A stretch of DNA of 64,000 bases. Origin: an uncultured Actinomycetes bacterium (GTDB lineage Bacteria; Actinomycetota; Acidimicrobiia; IMCC26256; PALSA-610). The position numbers and the translations under genes were made by a program. Position 1 is the stretch's first letter; the number at the start of each line of letters is the position of its first letter. The stretch covers positions 1,470-65,469 of the forward strand of contig CAVXFO010000008.1 in assembly GCA_963761055.1 (NCBI GenBank), in the 5' to 3' direction. Under the pieces are notes generated by a model. It did no database searches, was not told where the DNA came from, and was given only the letters and a program-made list of their open reading frames with translations. Below are positions 10,912 through 23,119 of the stretch, piece after piece.

Positions 10912-13290
10912 TCAGCTACGCAGTTCGGCGCCGTGCGCGACTCGGACCGCATCGATGCAGCGTTGTCGGAGCGCGCTCACCTCGTCGTCGGTGAGAGTCC
11001 GGTCGGGCGCGCGGAACCGCAACGCGAACGCGAGACTCACCTTGCCCGCGCCCAGCACGTCGGATCGGAAAACGTCGAAGAGGGCGACATCCTCGAGGAG
11101 TGCGCCGCCCGCTTCGACGAGAGTCGCCCGCAACGCCGCCGCCGGAACGGTGTCGGCGACGACCAGCGCGAGATCGACAGATGAGGCCGGGAAGCGGGAC
11201 ACCGGTCGCGCAATCCGCTCGGCGCGCGTTCCGGCCAAGAGCGCGTCGACGTCGATCTCGCACACGACCACCGGCGCCACGAGCAGCGAGCGCCGCGACG
11301 ACGCCCGAGGCCACCTCGCCGACGAAACCGACCTCCCTGCCGTCGACGATCACACGCGTGCGCACGCGTCGGATGAAGCCCGTCGACGCGTGCGGCCTCG
11401 AGGTGGAGATCGGCGATACGCAACTCCTGGGCGAGCGCGCCGAGCGCCGCGGTCGCGTCGTACACGTCGACGGACCGATTCGGTTCGTGCGGAAGTCGCC
11501 GCACTTCGTGGGAACGGGCGAACGCGAGCGAACGTCGCTCCCGCGGTAGCTGCGCAACATCCGCCGGCGGTGCGAACACCGTGCCCGTCTCGAACAGCGC
11601 GACGTCGGGCTCCCCGCGGGCCGCGTTGTACGCGACCGCACGCAGCACACCGGGAAGGAGCGCCGGGCGCAGGATCGACTCCTCGGCGCGCAAGGGGTTC
11701 TCGACCTCGATCACGCCGTCGGCGGGAAGGGCCGCGCCGGTGAGATCGGCCGGTGCGAGGAGCGGCAGCGTGAACACTTCGTCGTAACCGGCGCCGACGA
11801 GCACGTCGGCGACCGCACGCCGCTCCCGCTGACGCGGACTCAGAGCGCCGATCTTCGCCGGATTCGCCGGCACGGTGCGCGTGATGTTCTGCAGCCCGTG
11901 CGCCCGCGCGACCTCCTCGATGAGGTCGATCTCGCGGGCGATGTCGGGCCGGAAGGTCGGGACCGTTGCCTCGCGTCCCTCCGTCTCGATCCCGAACGCG
12001 CGTGAGATACGCGGCGACCTCGTCGACCGTCAACTCGACGCCGAGTACCTCGTTCACCCGCTCGGTTCGCATGTGGACCCGTGCGGGCCGGATCGGCTCC
12101 GGATACACGTCGATCGCACCGGGCACCGACTGCGCAGACGCGACCTCGGCGAACAGTTCCATCGCCCGCACCGCGCCGCTGCCCGCACTGTTCGGGTCGA
12201 CGCCGCGCTCGAAGCGGGCACTGGCCTCCGAACGCAGGCCGAGACGCTTCGACGACCGCGCGATACCGCTCGCCTCGAAGTGCGCCGACTCCAACAGGAT
12301 CTCGGTCGTGGTGTCCGACACCTCGGCCGCGGCGCCGCCCATGATGCCGGCGATGCCCTGCGCGGTGCGCTCGCCGTCGCAGATGAGGAGATCGGCGCCG
12401 GTCAGCTCGCGTTCCACGCCGTCGAGCGTTGTCATCTTCTCGCCGTCGCGCGCGAACCGCACCACGATGCCGCGACCCGCGAGCCGGCCGAGGTCGTACG
12501 CGTGCAGCGGACGGCAGCGTTCGAGCATGACGTAGTTGGTGACGTCGACGACATTGCTGATCGGGCGCATCCCCGCGAGAGTCAGCCGGCGCTGCATCCA
12601 ACCGGGCGACGATCCCATCACGACGTTCGCGGCGAGGGCGACGAAGCGCGGACAACGGTCGGGCGCCTCGACCACGACGTGCGCGCCCGCGACCTCGCCG
12701 ACGACCGGCGCGGGCTCGTGCTCTTCGACGTGGAACGGAAGGCCGAAGTGGGCGGCGAGGTCGCGGGCGACGCCGACGATGCCCATCGCGTCGGGACGGT
12801 CGGGCGTGATCGAGAGGTCGAAGACGACGTCGTCGAGCCCGAGCACCTCGCGCACGTCGGTCCCGAGCGGCGCGTCCGCCGGCAACTCGAGGATGCCGGC
12901 GTGATCGTCGCCGAGTCCGAGCTCACGCGCCGAGCACAACATGCCTTCCGACACGATGCCCATGATCTTGCGCCGGCTGATCTCGAAGTCTCCCGGCAGC
13001 ACCGCGCCGACCCGGGCGAACGGCACCACCATGCCCTTTTCGATATTCGGCGCGCCGCAAACAACGCGCAGCTGACCGTCGCCGAAGTCGACGTCGGCGA
13101 GCCGGACCCTGTCGGCCTCGGGGTGCGGCACGACGTCGAGGATCTTGGCGGCGACGACACCGTTCACGTCCCGGCCGGGCTCGTCGATGGCCTCGACCTC
13201 GAGACCGAGCTGGTCCAGCGCTTCGGCGATCTCCACAGTGGGAGCGGCGACGGGCGTGAACTCACGAATCCATGACAGCGGAGCGCGCAA
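10912..13290 (-). CDS. pheT: phenylalanyl-tRNA synthetase beta subunit (several frameshifts)
   Basis: VVCGAPN, SEGMLCSARELG, RFERGVDP, ENPLRAEESILR and C-terminal FDX-ACB (DRTLTDDEV). Confidence 0.95.
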
Positions 13291-13299
13291 GACCGGACC

Positions 13300-14349
13300 T
13301 CAGAACTGACGAGCGAAGCGCACGTCGCCGTCCCACAGGTTCTTGACGTGGTCGACGCCGTACAGGAGCTGAACGACACGGTCGATGCCGAAACCGAACG
13401 CGAATCCGGTGTACACCTCGGGATCGATGCCCACCGCGGTGAAGACGTTCGGGTCGACCATCCCTGCGCCCCCGAGCTCGATCCACCCGGTGCGCGAACA
13501 CACCGTGCAACCGGTGCCGTGGCAGAAGATGCACGACATCGCGAACTCGACCGACGGTTCCGTGAAAGGAAAGAACGACGGCAGGAACCGCGATTTGATG
13601 TCGGAGCCGAAGAGCGCGTGGACGAAGGCCTCGATGGTCCCGAGGAGGTCGCCGAGTGTGAGCCCTTCGTCGACCGCGAGCCCCTCGATCTGGTGGAAGA
13701 CCGGCGAATGGCGCGCGTCGAGCGTGTCGCGCCGGAAGACCCGCCCGGGCGCGACGACGTAGATCGGCGGGCGTTGCGACTCCATCGTTCGCACCTGCAC
13801 CGGTGAGGTGTGGGTACGCAGCAGCACGCTCTCGGGCTCGCCGAGCCGCACGTACAAGGTGTCCTGCATCGCACGCGCCGGGTGCCCGGGCGGGAAGTTC
13901 AGCGCCTCGAAGTTGTACCAGTCGCTCTCGACCTCGGGACCTTCGGCCACCCTGTAGCCGAGCCCGACGAAGACGTCCTCGAGCTCGCGCCAGATGCGGG
14001 TGACCGGGTGCAGGTGACCGCGCACGTACTCGTGCGAGTCGAGCGTGAGATCGAGCCGGTCGCGGGTCGCCGAGAGTGAGGCGGCTTCGGCGTCGAGCAC
14101 CTCGCGGCGCTGCGCGTGCGCGGCTTCGAGCGCGGCCCGGGCTGCGGAGACCGCCTTGCCGACGACGGCCCGCTCGGACCCGTCGACGGTCTTGATTGCC
14201 TCGCGGATCTCGTTCAGGGCCGCGGTCTTGCCGAGGTACCGCCGTTCGGCATCGGCGAGATCGTCGCTCGACGATGCCGCCGCGAACGCGTCGGCGCCCT
14301 CCTGGGCGACGGCGTCGGCCCGCGCCGCGAGATCGGCTGCCGCGGTCAC
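13300..14349 (-). CDS. pheS: phenylalanyl-tRNA synthetase alpha subunit
   Basis: HPARAMQDT, LRTHTSPVQ, FPFTEPS and GFAFGFG motifs. Confidence 0.97.
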   Translation of the reverse strand: MTAAADLAARADAVAQEGADAFAAASSSDDLADAERRYLGKTAALNEIREAIKTVDGSERAVVGKAVSAARAALEAAHAQRREVLDAEAASLSATRDRLDLTLDSHEYVRGHLHPVTRIWRELEDVFVGLGYRVAEGPEVESDWYNFEALNFPPGHPARAMQDTLYVRLGEPESVLLRTHTSPVQVRTMESQRPPIYVVAPGRVFRRDTLDARHSPVFHQIEGLAVDEGLTLGDLLGTIEAFVHALFGSDIKSRFLPSFFPFTEPSVEFAMSCIFCHGTGCTVCSRTGWIELGGAGMVDPNVFTAVGIDPEVYTGFAFGFGIDRVVQLLYGVDHVKNLWDGDVRFARQF

Positions 14350-15157
14350 GACGACGCCGTCCCGGAACCGACCCGCCGTTGGCGCGCCGCCTCGAACAAC
14401 AGCGCGGTGCCCGCCATCGCGACGTTGAGCGACTCTCCCGTCGTCATCGGCAGCGTCACCGTTCCCGCGAGTGGCAGGTCCGGGTCGAGACCGTGGGTCT
14501 CGTGGCCGAGCACGAACGCCGTCGGGACGCGCAGGTCGAAAGACTCCGGCGGCGCACCTCCCGACGCAGCCGCGCCGAGACACGCCACCCCGTTCGCGCC
14601 CAGCCGCTCCAGAGTCTCCATGGCGGCCATTCCCTCCACGATGCGAACGGCGAAACACGCGCCGGCCGAGGCGCGTACGACCTTGGGATTGTAGGCATCG
14701 ACCGATCCGCGCCCGAGGACGATTATTCCCGCGCCCGCGGCCGCGGCACTCCGCATGAGGGTGCCCGCGTTGCCGGGATCGCCCACCTGGGTCGCCACCA
14801 GTGCGAGGTCGGCGCCGAGCAGACCCTCGAGACCCAAGCGATGCATGGACGCGAGCGCGAACACCGGCTGCGGGTTCACGGTGTCACCGACACGCGCCCC
14901 GCGTACGTATCGAGACCCCGGACGGGAGCCCCCGCCGCGCCGGCACGCTCGGCAACCGCGAACATCTCCGCCGTGGCGTCGACACCGACGTAACACTCCA
15001 GCAGTTCGACACCGTGGTCGAGCGCGGCCGCGATGACGCGCGGTCCTTCGCAGACGAAGACGCCTTCGCGATCGCGCGTGCGCCGCTCCCGGAGAAGCGC
15101 CTTCAGTCGCTTGATCTCCGCCTTGGTGGCGAACTGCTCAGGCGGCGTCGAGGGCAC
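14346..15157 (-). CDS. TrmH/SpoU-family RNA methyltransferase, frameshifted near 14920
   Basis: [12 protein letters not shown] and [13 protein letters not shown] motifs; usual rplT-pheS position. Confidence 0.88.
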
Positions 15158-15500
15158 CGCGTGCGGTCTCGACGAGCGCGTGGAACGCCGCGGGCTCGCG
15201 TACCGCGAGGTCGGCGAGCATCTTGCGGTCGACGTCGATCTCCGCAGCCTTCAGCCCCGCCATGAACCGCGAGTACGACATGTCGTGCTCGCGGCACGCC
15301 GCGTTGATCCGCACGATCCAGAGCTTGCGGAACTCGCCCTTGCGTGCGCGACGGTCGCGGTAGGCGTAACGGAGCGAGTGCATGACCTGCTCGTTCGCCT
15401 TGCGAAAGTGGCGACTGCGCGCGCCGGTGTAACCCTGCGCCTCTTCGAGAATGGCGCGGCGGTGCTTCTTGCCGCTGACGGAACGCTTGACCCGGGCCAT
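15138..15500 (-). CDS. rplT: 50S ribosomal protein L20
   Basis: MARVKR...YAYRDRR...[12 protein letters not shown]. Confidence 0.98.
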   Translation of the reverse strand: MARVKRSVSGKKHRRAILEEAQGYTGARSRHFRKANEQVMHSLRYAYRDRRARKGEFRKLWIVRINAACREHDMSYSRFMAGLKAAEIDVDRKMLADLAVREPAAFHALVETARGALDAA

Positions 15501-15504
15501 CCGA

Positions 15505-15699
15505 CTACCTCCCCAGCATGCGCTTGACGCGCTTCTTGTCGCCGCCGACGACTTCCGCCTCGCGGCCGAGGCGCCGGGTGCGGCTCGAGGGCTTGTGCTC
15601 GAGCAGGTGGTCTCGGTAGGCGTGGCGGCGCATGACCTTGCCGGTGCCCGTCATCTTGAAGCGCTTGGCCGCGCCGCGGTGCGTCTTCATCTTCGGCAT
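15505..15699 (-). CDS. rpmI: 50S ribosomal protein L35
   Basis: [15 protein letters not shown]. Confidence 0.98.
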   Translation of the reverse strand: MPKMKTHRGAAKRFKMTGTGKVMRRHAYRDHLLEHKPSSRTRRLGREAEVVGGDKKRVKRMLGR

Positions 15700-15748
15700 C
15701 GTGGGTTTCCCGTCGTTCGTGGAGAGGGTTCGGTGAGGGAGGTTTCAG

Positions 15749-16300
<552 letters not shown>

Positions 16301-16521
16301 TGCGGCTTCACCTCGTGTCGTCGGGCCGCCGTCGCGGAAGCGACGGCGGAGCTTTGGGAAGCGTCCACCGTCGCGCCGGACGTCGCCCGGCTCCCACAAC
16401 GGACCCGACGTGGGACGGCGGTGAAGCCGGGCCAGCCGGGCGGGGGCGGTCTCCGAACGGCGACGGCCGATTGGATAACGTCCCACTTCCCTCGATTGTC
16501 GACGCGGGAGGATAGTCGAGC

Positions 16522-16953
16522 GTGAGCGGACTCTGGACACCTGGGGGCGACGAACCCCGCGAACCGGCCCCGGCAGCGGGTCCTGGACCCGGCGGCACTC
16601 CGGCGGGCACCGGGTCGCCGGCCCGGCGAGCCGCCCCGACCCCCGAGGAGATCGAGGCCGTGCGCGAGCTGCACGACCGGCTCGCCGCCACACCGGTCGC
16701 CGACGTGATCGTCAACCACGCGATCGGGATGTGGCAGCTCGCCCTCGTGCACCTCGGCGTGGTCACCCCGCCCGACGACCAGGGCCGCCGGCCCGCGCCC
16801 GATCTCGCCTCGGCCGGACTGGCGATCGACGCGCTCGCGGCGCTCGTCGACGGGCTCACCGACCGTCTGGGCGCCGGTGAGGAGATGCTCCGCGACGCGC
16901 TCGGGCAGGTGCAGATGCTCTTCGTCGAGATCGCCGACGCGGCCGACCACTGA
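16522..16953 (+). CDS. DUF1844-like protein
   Basis: Divergent from infC as in many actinobacteria; LAxVHLG...DLASAGLAIDALAALV pattern. Confidence 0.75.
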   Translation: MSGLWTPGGDEPREPAPAAGPGPGGTPAGTGSPARRAAPTPEEIEAVRELHDRLAATPVADVIVNHAIGMWQLALVHLGVVTPPDDQGRRPAPDLASAGLAIDALAALVDGLTDRLGAGEEMLRDALGQVQMLFVEIADAADH

Positions 16954-16968
16954 TGCGCGACGTCATCG

Positions 16969-17030
16969 TCGCAAACACTCTGCAAGGATTCCAGCGGACG
17001 TGCGACGTGATCGTTGCAAAGTGTTTGCAA
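16969..17030. repeat. 62-bp palindromic interspersed element, copy A
   Basis: TCGCAAACACTCTGCAAGGATT-N18-GATCGTTGCAAAGTGTTTGCAA; homologous to 23837-23898 and 39314-39375. Confidence 0.9.
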
Positions 17031-17051
17031 GGATTTCGGCGGTGACATCGA

Positions 17052-17696
17052 CTACTGGGCGGCGAGGTGCGCGGCGTCGTTGAAGCGCACGAGCCGCCAG
17101 TCGCGGCCGGTGAAGCGCCATTCGGTGATCGAGGTGTTCCGAACCTCGTGCAGCATGCCCATCGAGTCGCGCAGGCCCAGGCCGCCGAACGCGGCGAAGC
17201 TGGCAGCGATCGTCCCCCCGTGGCCGACGACCACGACTATCCGACCCGGGTGCTCTTCGGCCGCGCGGCGCAGCCGTGCACCGACGCGCGCGTAGCACTC
17301 GTCCCAGCTCTCGGCCCCGGGGATGTGACGGTCGAGCACGTCGCCCGAGTCGCCCCGAGTCGGGAAGTGCTCCCGGATCACGTCGTACGAGAGGCCTTCG
17401 GCTTCGCCGGCGTGGATCTCGCACCACTCGCACTCGGAACTCGGCGAGACCCCACCGAGCGCGGGACCGATGATCGTCGGCCGTCTCCCGCGCGCGCGGG
17501 AGGATGCTCGTGTACACGGCCTCGACCGCGTCGAGCTCGCCGCGTGCGCGCCAGCCGCTCGCGCAAGGCCGAGGCTTGGCGGCGGCCGAGACCGGAGAGC
17601 CCGATGCACGTGTCGTGCCCGGACGCGAACCCGCCGACCTGAGCCCCCGACTCGCCGTGGCGGATGATGACGAGGCGCGTCTCCGTCCGGCTTCAC
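17052..17696 (-). CDS. histidine phosphatase (phosphoglycerate mutase family), several frameshifts
   Basis: RLVIIRHGE near the start, EIHAGEAEG, VVVGHGG and NTSITEW...FNDAAHL. Confidence 0.8.
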   Translation of the reverse strand: MKPDGDAPRHHPPRRVGGSGRRVRVRARHVHRALRSRPPPSLGLARAAGAHAASSTRSRPCTRASSRARGRRPTIIGPALGGVSPSSECEWCEIHAGEAEGLSYDVIREHFPTRGDSGDVLDRHIPGAESWDECYARVGARLRRAAEEHPGRIVVVVGHGGTIAASFAAFGGLGLRDSMGMLHEVRNTSITEWRFTGRDWRLVRFNDAAHLAAQ

Positions 17697-17892
17697 GCGG
17701 CACGTCACCGCGGCGGCCTCCCAGCGACCGAGGTGCCCGGCGACGACGTCGAACTCGACACGCGGCGCCGACCTCGATCGTCGCGGGTGCCGTCGGCGAT
17801 GACGGTGCGAGTGGAACGGATAGACGGCGCCGTCGGCGCCGGTGATCTCGCCGAGGCCGACGTCGCCTCGTCGAACGACCGCGACACGTCAT
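17693..17892 (-). CDS. small cold-shock/OB-fold-like protein, heavily frameshifted
   Basis: Stitched fragments SFDEAT-G-GEI...YPFHS-VIADGTR-IEVG--VEFDVVAGHLGRWEA. Confidence 0.4.
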
Positions 17893-18779
17893 CCGCGGGC
17901 GCTCACTGCGACGATCTTGCTGATCGGCAGCTCGAGGATGCCGGTCGCGCCGTGGTCCTTCAGCGCGGGGATCAAGATGTTGATGTCGCTCTTGGCGACG
18001 ACCGTCTCGACCGCGTAGCCGTCCTCGCCGTAGAGCTTCGATACCGTCGGCGACTTCAGCGCCGGCAGCAGGCCGATCACCGCGTCGAGGTTCGCCTCGT
18101 CGACGTTGAGCTTGACGAGCACCTTGCCGCGCGCTTCGAGCGCGCCGAGCAGCAGCGTCTGCAGCTGGTCCATCGCCTGGCGCTTGCTCGCGTCGGCGTA
18201 GGCGACCGGGTTGGCGATCATCTCGGTGTACGAGACGAGGATCGTGTCGAGGATCCGCAGGCCCGCGGCGCGCAGCGCCCGCCCGGTCTCGGTGATCTCG
18301 ACGATGCGTCGGCGATCTCGGGGATCTTCGCCTCGGTGGCGCCGTAGGAGAGCGTGACCTGCGGCGTCGACGCCGTGCTTCTCGAGGTAGCGCCGGGTGA
18401 GCTCCGGGTACTCGGTGTGCACCCGCACGTCGTGCGGGAGGTCGTCGACCGACTGCCACGGCGAGTCGCCGGCCACGGCGAGCACGACCCGGATCGGGCG
18501 CGCGGTGGCCTTGGAGTAGTGCAGCTCGCTGAGGGTGACGACGTCGATGGCGGTCTCCTCGATCCAGTCCCGGCCGGTGACACCGACGTCGAACAGGCCG
18601 TCGGCGACGTAGCGCGGGATCTCCTGCGGGCGCAGGATGTGCACGTCGACGACCCGCGGGTCGTCGATCGTGGCCTTGTAGTCGACGTCGACGAGCGCAC
18701 GAGCGCGAGATCGGCGTCTTCGAACAGTTGCAGGGTCGCCTTCTCGAGCGAACCCTTCGGGCAGCACCAGGCGCAGCAC
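17889..18779 (-). CDS. hisG: ATP phosphoribosyltransferase (long form), frameshifted
   Basis: LRLVLP, LRPQEIPRYV, DVGVTGRDW, YGATEAK and ITETGRALRAAGL motifs. Confidence 0.92.
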   Translation of the reverse strand: MLRLVLPEGFAREGDPATVRRRRSRARALVDVDYKATIDDPRVVDVHILRPQEIPRYVADGLFDVGVTGRDWIEETAIDVVTLSELHYSKATARPIRVVLAVAGDSPWQSVDDLPHDVRVHTEYPELTRRYLEKHGVDAAGHALLRRHRGEDPRDRRRIVEITETGRALRAAGLRILDTILVSYTEMIANPVAYADASKRQAMDQLQTLLLGALEARGKVLVKLNVDEANLDAVIGLLPALKSPTVSKLYGEDGYAVETVVAKSDINILIPALKDHGATGILELPISKIVAVSARG

Positions 18780-18784
18780 GCCGA

Positions 18785-19568
18785 TCAGGATAGGGGCCCG
18801 GCGACGAGCAGCCGGTAGCCGATATCGATCTCGGGCGAACGTCGCGCAGCTCACCGTGGCGCTCGTCCCAGGTGCCGGACGCCGAGATCGCGCGCGCAGC
18901 CGTTCGGTCCCCCGCCGCCGCAACTCGGGATCGAGCTGCGCGAGCGACGACATCCCCGCCTGCACCGTCGGGTCGAGGTACGCCTCGGGCCGGTTCCAGT
19001 AGCAGCCCGCGAACCCGTCGCGGCAGTCGGCCGGGACGGGCAGCGGCTCGACGTGTCGCACGGCGAGCGATCGCGGCGAGCCGAGCGAGACCGGGCGCGG
19101 CCCGTTCCGTTGCCGAGCTCGAAGATCTCGGGGAAGTACTCCGTGCACGAGCCAGAGCTCGGCACGACGAACGACGGCTCGAAGAAGAAGATCACCTGGC
19201 GGCGCGCGACGCGTTGCATCTCGCGCAGCCCGGCTTCGAGGTCGTCCCAGTGGTGCACGGTCAACACCGCGAGCGCGACGTCGAAGGTTGCGTCGTCGAA
19301 CGGCAGCATCTCGGCCGCGGCCAGGACGCACGGGCCCGATGCCGGCGGGCGTTGGCGCAACATCGTGACCGATGGATCGACCGCGACGACCAACGGCTCG
19401 GTCGGCTCGTAGCTCCCGGTTCCGGCACCCACGTTGACAACCCGGTCGACGTCGCCGATGGCCGCCTCGATGCGGCGCGCGAAACGCGGTTCGGCCGGCG
19501 CGTCGAGGCGTAGGTGCTCCCGATCGTGTCGTACCGATCACGGCCGCGCGAGATCGTGAGCGTGTCAC
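18785..19568 (-). CDS. class I SAM-dependent methyltransferase, frameshifted
   Basis: VNVGAGTGSYEP, AEMLPFDDATFDVALAVLTVHHW and YWNRPEAYLDP. Confidence 0.85.
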
Positions 19569-20032
19569 GGCAGCGAGCGGAGCAGCGACACCATCTCGAT
19601 CGCCGTCAGCGCCGCCTCCTCGCCCTTGTGGCCCTCCTTGCCGCCGAGCCGATCGCGCGCCTGCTCGCGATCATCGACGGTGAGCACGCCGAAGATCACG
19701 GGCACGCCCGTGTCGAGCCCGCGCGCGTGATGCCCGCTGCGGTCTCTCCTGCGACGTACTCGAAGTGCGCGGTCTCGCCCCGGATCACCGCACCGAGACA
19801 GATGACCGCGTCGATCGTGCCCGGACGCCGCGAACCGCTTCGCGACCAGCGGCGCTTCGAACGCGCCCGGGACCCACACGACCGTCACGTCGGCCGCGCT
19901 GTGCTCGTGCAGGATGCGTTCGGCGCCGTCGAGCAACTCCTCCGTGATGTCGTGGTTGAAGCGGGCGACCACGATCGCGAAGCGCATCCCGGTCGCGTCG
20001 AGATCACCTTCGGTCGCCTCGTATTCACCCAT
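19565..20032 (-). CDS. ribH: 6,7-dimethyl-8-ribityllumazine synthase (compensating frameshifts inside)
   Basis: IVVARFN, WVPGAFE and [22 protein letters not shown] in a neighbouring frame. Confidence 0.93.
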   Translation of the reverse strand: MGEYEATEGDLDATGMRFAIVVARFNHDITEELLDGAERILHEHSAADVTVVWVPGAFEAPLVAKRFAASGHDRRGHLSRCGDPGRDRALRVRRRRDRSGHHARGLDTGVPVIFGVLTVDDREQARDRLGGKEGHKGEEAALTAIEMVSLLRSLP

Positions 20033-20037
20033 CCGGT

Positions 20038-21285
20038 TCAGCTCCCCCCGAGCTCTTCGTCGTTCGTGTTCTCGGGATCGAGACCGAGGAGATGCCCGAG
20101 CTTGTTCTGCTTGGCGCGCAGGTACGCGATGTTCTCCCGGTTCGGCACCGTCTGCACCGGCACCCGCTCGACGATCTCGAGGCCGTAGCCCTCGATCCCG
20201 CCGTACTTCTTGGGATTGTTCGTCATCAGGCGCATAGTCGTGACGCCGAGATCGACGAGGATCTGCGCACCGATGCCGTACTCGCGCGAGTCGACCGGGA
20301 AGCCGAGCTCGAGGTTCGCCTCGACGGTGTCGCGGCCCTGGTCCTGCAGCGAGTAGGCGCGCAGCTTGTGGCCGAGGCCGATGCCGCGGCCCTCGTGGCC
20401 GCGCAGGTACACGACCACACCTTGGCCCTCGGCCGCGACCTTCTCCAGGGCGCGGTCGAGCTGCACCCCGCAGTCGCAGCGCAAGGATCCGAAGACGTCA
20501 CCCGTGAGACATTCGCTGTGCACCCGCACGAGCACGTTCGACTGACCGGCGACCTGGCCTCGCACGAACGCGAGGTGTTCGGTGTTGTCGAGCAGCGACT
20601 CGAAGACGTACGCGGTGAAGTCGCCGTACTGCGTCGGGATGCGAGCTTCGGAGACGCGCCGGACGAGCTTCTCGCGGTGACGCCGGAACCGGATCAGGTC
20701 CGCGATGGTCACGAGGACGAGATCGTGCTCGGCCGCGAACGCCTCGAGGTCGGGTCGCCGTTGCATGGTGCCGTCGTCGTTGACGATCTCGGAGAGCACA
20801 CCGGCGGGATATCCACCCGCGAGCCGGGCGAGATCGACCGCCGCCTCGGTGTGGCCCGCCCGCTTGAGCACGCCGCCCTCGCGGTAGCGCAGCGGGAAGA
20901 TGTGGCCGGGCCGGGCGAGGTCGGCGGGTTCGGTGTCGGCGTCGATCAGCGCGTGCACCGTCGCGCACCGGTCGGCGGCGGAGATGCCCGTGGTCGTGCC
21001 CTCGCGGGCGTCGACCGACACGGTGAACGCGGTGCGCTGGCCCTCGGTGTTCTCGGTGCCCGACACCATGAGCGGCAGCTGCAGCTCGTCGAGCCGCTCA
21101 CCTTCGAGCGGCAGGCAGATCACGCCGCTCGTGTAGCGGATCATGAACGCCATCTTGTCGGGCGTCATCTTCTCGGCCGCGATGATCAGATCGCCTTCGT
21201 TCTCGCGGTCCTCGTCGTCGACGACGACGACGAACTCCCCGCGACGCACCGCGTCGATGGCACGTTCCACGGCTTCGAACATCAT
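20038..21285 (-). CDS. ribBA: bifunctional DHBP synthase / GTP cyclohydrolase II
   Basis: DDEDRENEGD, RAGHTEA and VRVHSECLTGDVFGSLRCDCG. Confidence 0.97.
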   Translation of the reverse strand: MMFEAVERAIDAVRRGEFVVVVDDEDRENEGDLIIAAEKMTPDKMAFMIRYTSGVICLPLEGERLDELQLPLMVSGTENTEGQRTAFTVSVDAREGTTTGISAADRCATVHALIDADTEPADLARPGHIFPLRYREGGVLKRAGHTEAAVDLARLAGGYPAGVLSEIVNDDGTMQRRPDLEAFAAEHDLVLVTIADLIRFRRHREKLVRRVSEARIPTQYGDFTAYVFESLLDNTEHLAFVRGQVAGQSNVLVRVHSECLTGDVFGSLRCDCGVQLDRALEKVAAEGQGVVVYLRGHEGRGIGLGHKLRAYSLQDQGRDTVEANLELGFPVDSREYGIGAQILVDLGVTTMRLMTNNPKKYGGIEGYGLEIVERVPVQTVPNRENIAYLRAKQNKLGHLLGLDPENTNDEELGGS

Positions 21286-21899
21286 GTCGGGCTCCGATCG
21301 GGAACGAGCAGCCGTTCCACGTACTTGGCGATGAGGTCGACTTCGAGGTTGACGAGCGCGCCCGGCGCGCGGACGCCGAGGGTCGTGACGGCGAGCGTGT
21401 GCGGGATCACGGCGACCGAGAACCCCCGGTCGTTCGGCTCGTCGTGCAACGCGGCCACGGTGAGGCTTATGCCGTCGACCGTGATCGACCCCTTGTGCAC
21501 GACGTAGCGCAACACGTCGGCCGGCGCGTCGAAGCGGAACAGCTCGGAACCGTCGGCCTGGGGTTCGCGGCTGCGCACGGTTCCGGTGGCGTCGACGTGC
21601 CCCTGCACAACGTGGCCGCCGAGGCGGTCGGCCAGGCGCACGGGCCGCTCGAGGTTGACGTGATCGCCGGGTGCGAGCGTGCCGAGACTCGTACGGGCGA
21701 GTGTCTCCACGACCGCGTCGGCCGCCCAGTAGCCGTCGCCGAGCTCGACGACGGTGAGACAGCACCCGTTGACCGCGATCGAAGCGCCGAGAGTGGCGTC
21801 GTCGAGCACGGTTGTAGCCGCGATCTCGAGCCGGGCACCTCCCGCGTTCGCCACGACGGCCCGCACCCGACCGAGCTCCTCGACGATGCCCGTGAACAT
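21282..21899 (-). CDS. ribE: riboflavin synthase alpha chain
   Basis: MFTGIVEE, NGCCLTV, GGHVVQGHVD and VNLEVD. Confidence 0.96.
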   Translation of the reverse strand: MFTGIVEELGRVRAVVANAGGARLEIAATTVLDDATLGASIAVNGCCLTVVELGDGYWAADAVVETLARTSLGTLAPGDHVNLERPVRLADRLGGHVVQGHVDATGTVRSREPQADGSELFRFDAPADVLRYVVHKGSITVDGISLTVAALHDEPNDRGFSVAVIPHTLAVTTLGVRAPGALVNLEVDLIAKYVERLLVPDRSPT

Positions 21900-23016
21900 C
21901 AGCGATTCCCCCGGAGCGGTTCGAGCTCGAGGCGCACATCGGTGCCCAGCGCGTGCGACGTCGACGAGGTCGAAGCGGCGGGCGTCGCCGATCGAGTCCG
22001 GGCCGGTGAACGCGAAGCCGGGAATTCCGCCGGTCCCGAGCAGTACCGGCGCGACGAAGGCGACGATCCGGCACGCGTGGCCGCCGTCGACGATCGACCC
22101 GATCAGTGATCCGCCGCCTTCGACGAGGGCTTGCAACACGCCTTCGCGCCCGAGCACCGTGAACGTGGCGTCGAGGTCGACGCCACGACCGGGGTACGCG
22201 GTCGGGACGACCTCGACCTTTGCCTCCGCGTTCCGCCACGCGTCGACCGCCCCCTCGCTCGCACACTCCGTCGTGATCACCAGGGTCGGACCGAGCGCCG
22301 GATCAAAGAGTGGTCCGTCGGCAGGAACCCGACCCCGGCCGTCGAGCAGCACGCGCAGCGGCGGTCGGGCGGGCACGGGTTGTACGCCGCGGACCGTCAA
22401 TGAGGGACGGTCGGCGAGTGCGGTTCCCGATCCGACGACGATCGCCTGCGAGTCGGCGCGCAGCTCGTGGCCTCCGGTGCGCGCGGCTTCGGACGTGATC
22501 CACTGTGAGGTGCCGTCGGCAGCGGCAACGCGCCCGTCGAGGCTGAGAGCCACCTTGACGACGACGAAGGCACGGCCGGTCCGCCGATGATGCAGGTACG
22601 GCGCGAGATCGCGCTCGGCCGCGGTTGCGGCGATCCCGGTCGACACTTCGACTCCCGCGTCACGCAGGCGGGTGAAGCCGCGCCCGACGACGCGCTCGTC
22701 GGGATCGCCGAGAGCGACCACGACACGCGCCACGCCCGCCGCGATCAGCGCTTCGCTGCACGGTGGCGTATTGCCGTGGTGGTCGCAGGGCTCCAGCGTG
22801 CAATACGCGGTCGCGCCCCGAGCCCGGTCTCCGGCGTCGAGGAGCGCGGCGACCTCGGCGTGCGGTCCGACGGGATAGGCGCCGGTCGCGCCGGCGCCGA
22901 CGATCTCGCCGTCGGGAGACGTGATGACGCAGCCGACCGCGGGCCAGGGCGAGGTCGAACGGCACGCGGGCGCGCGCGAGCTCGATCGCCCTGAGCATCA
23001 GGTCGTCGTCTCGCAT
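21899..23016 (-). CDS. ribD: riboflavin deaminase/reductase, frameshifted
   Basis: HAE and TLEPCDHHGNTPPC Zn motifs, SQWIT, VEGGG. Confidence 0.93.
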
Positions 23017-23119
23017 GCGGCACCGTTTCCCTTGCCTCTTCGAGGCCCACGGAAACGATGCGAGACGGAAACGGCGACGCCGAACGTACGCGCCCGAGCG
23101 CGTACGAGGTGGTAGCCGA

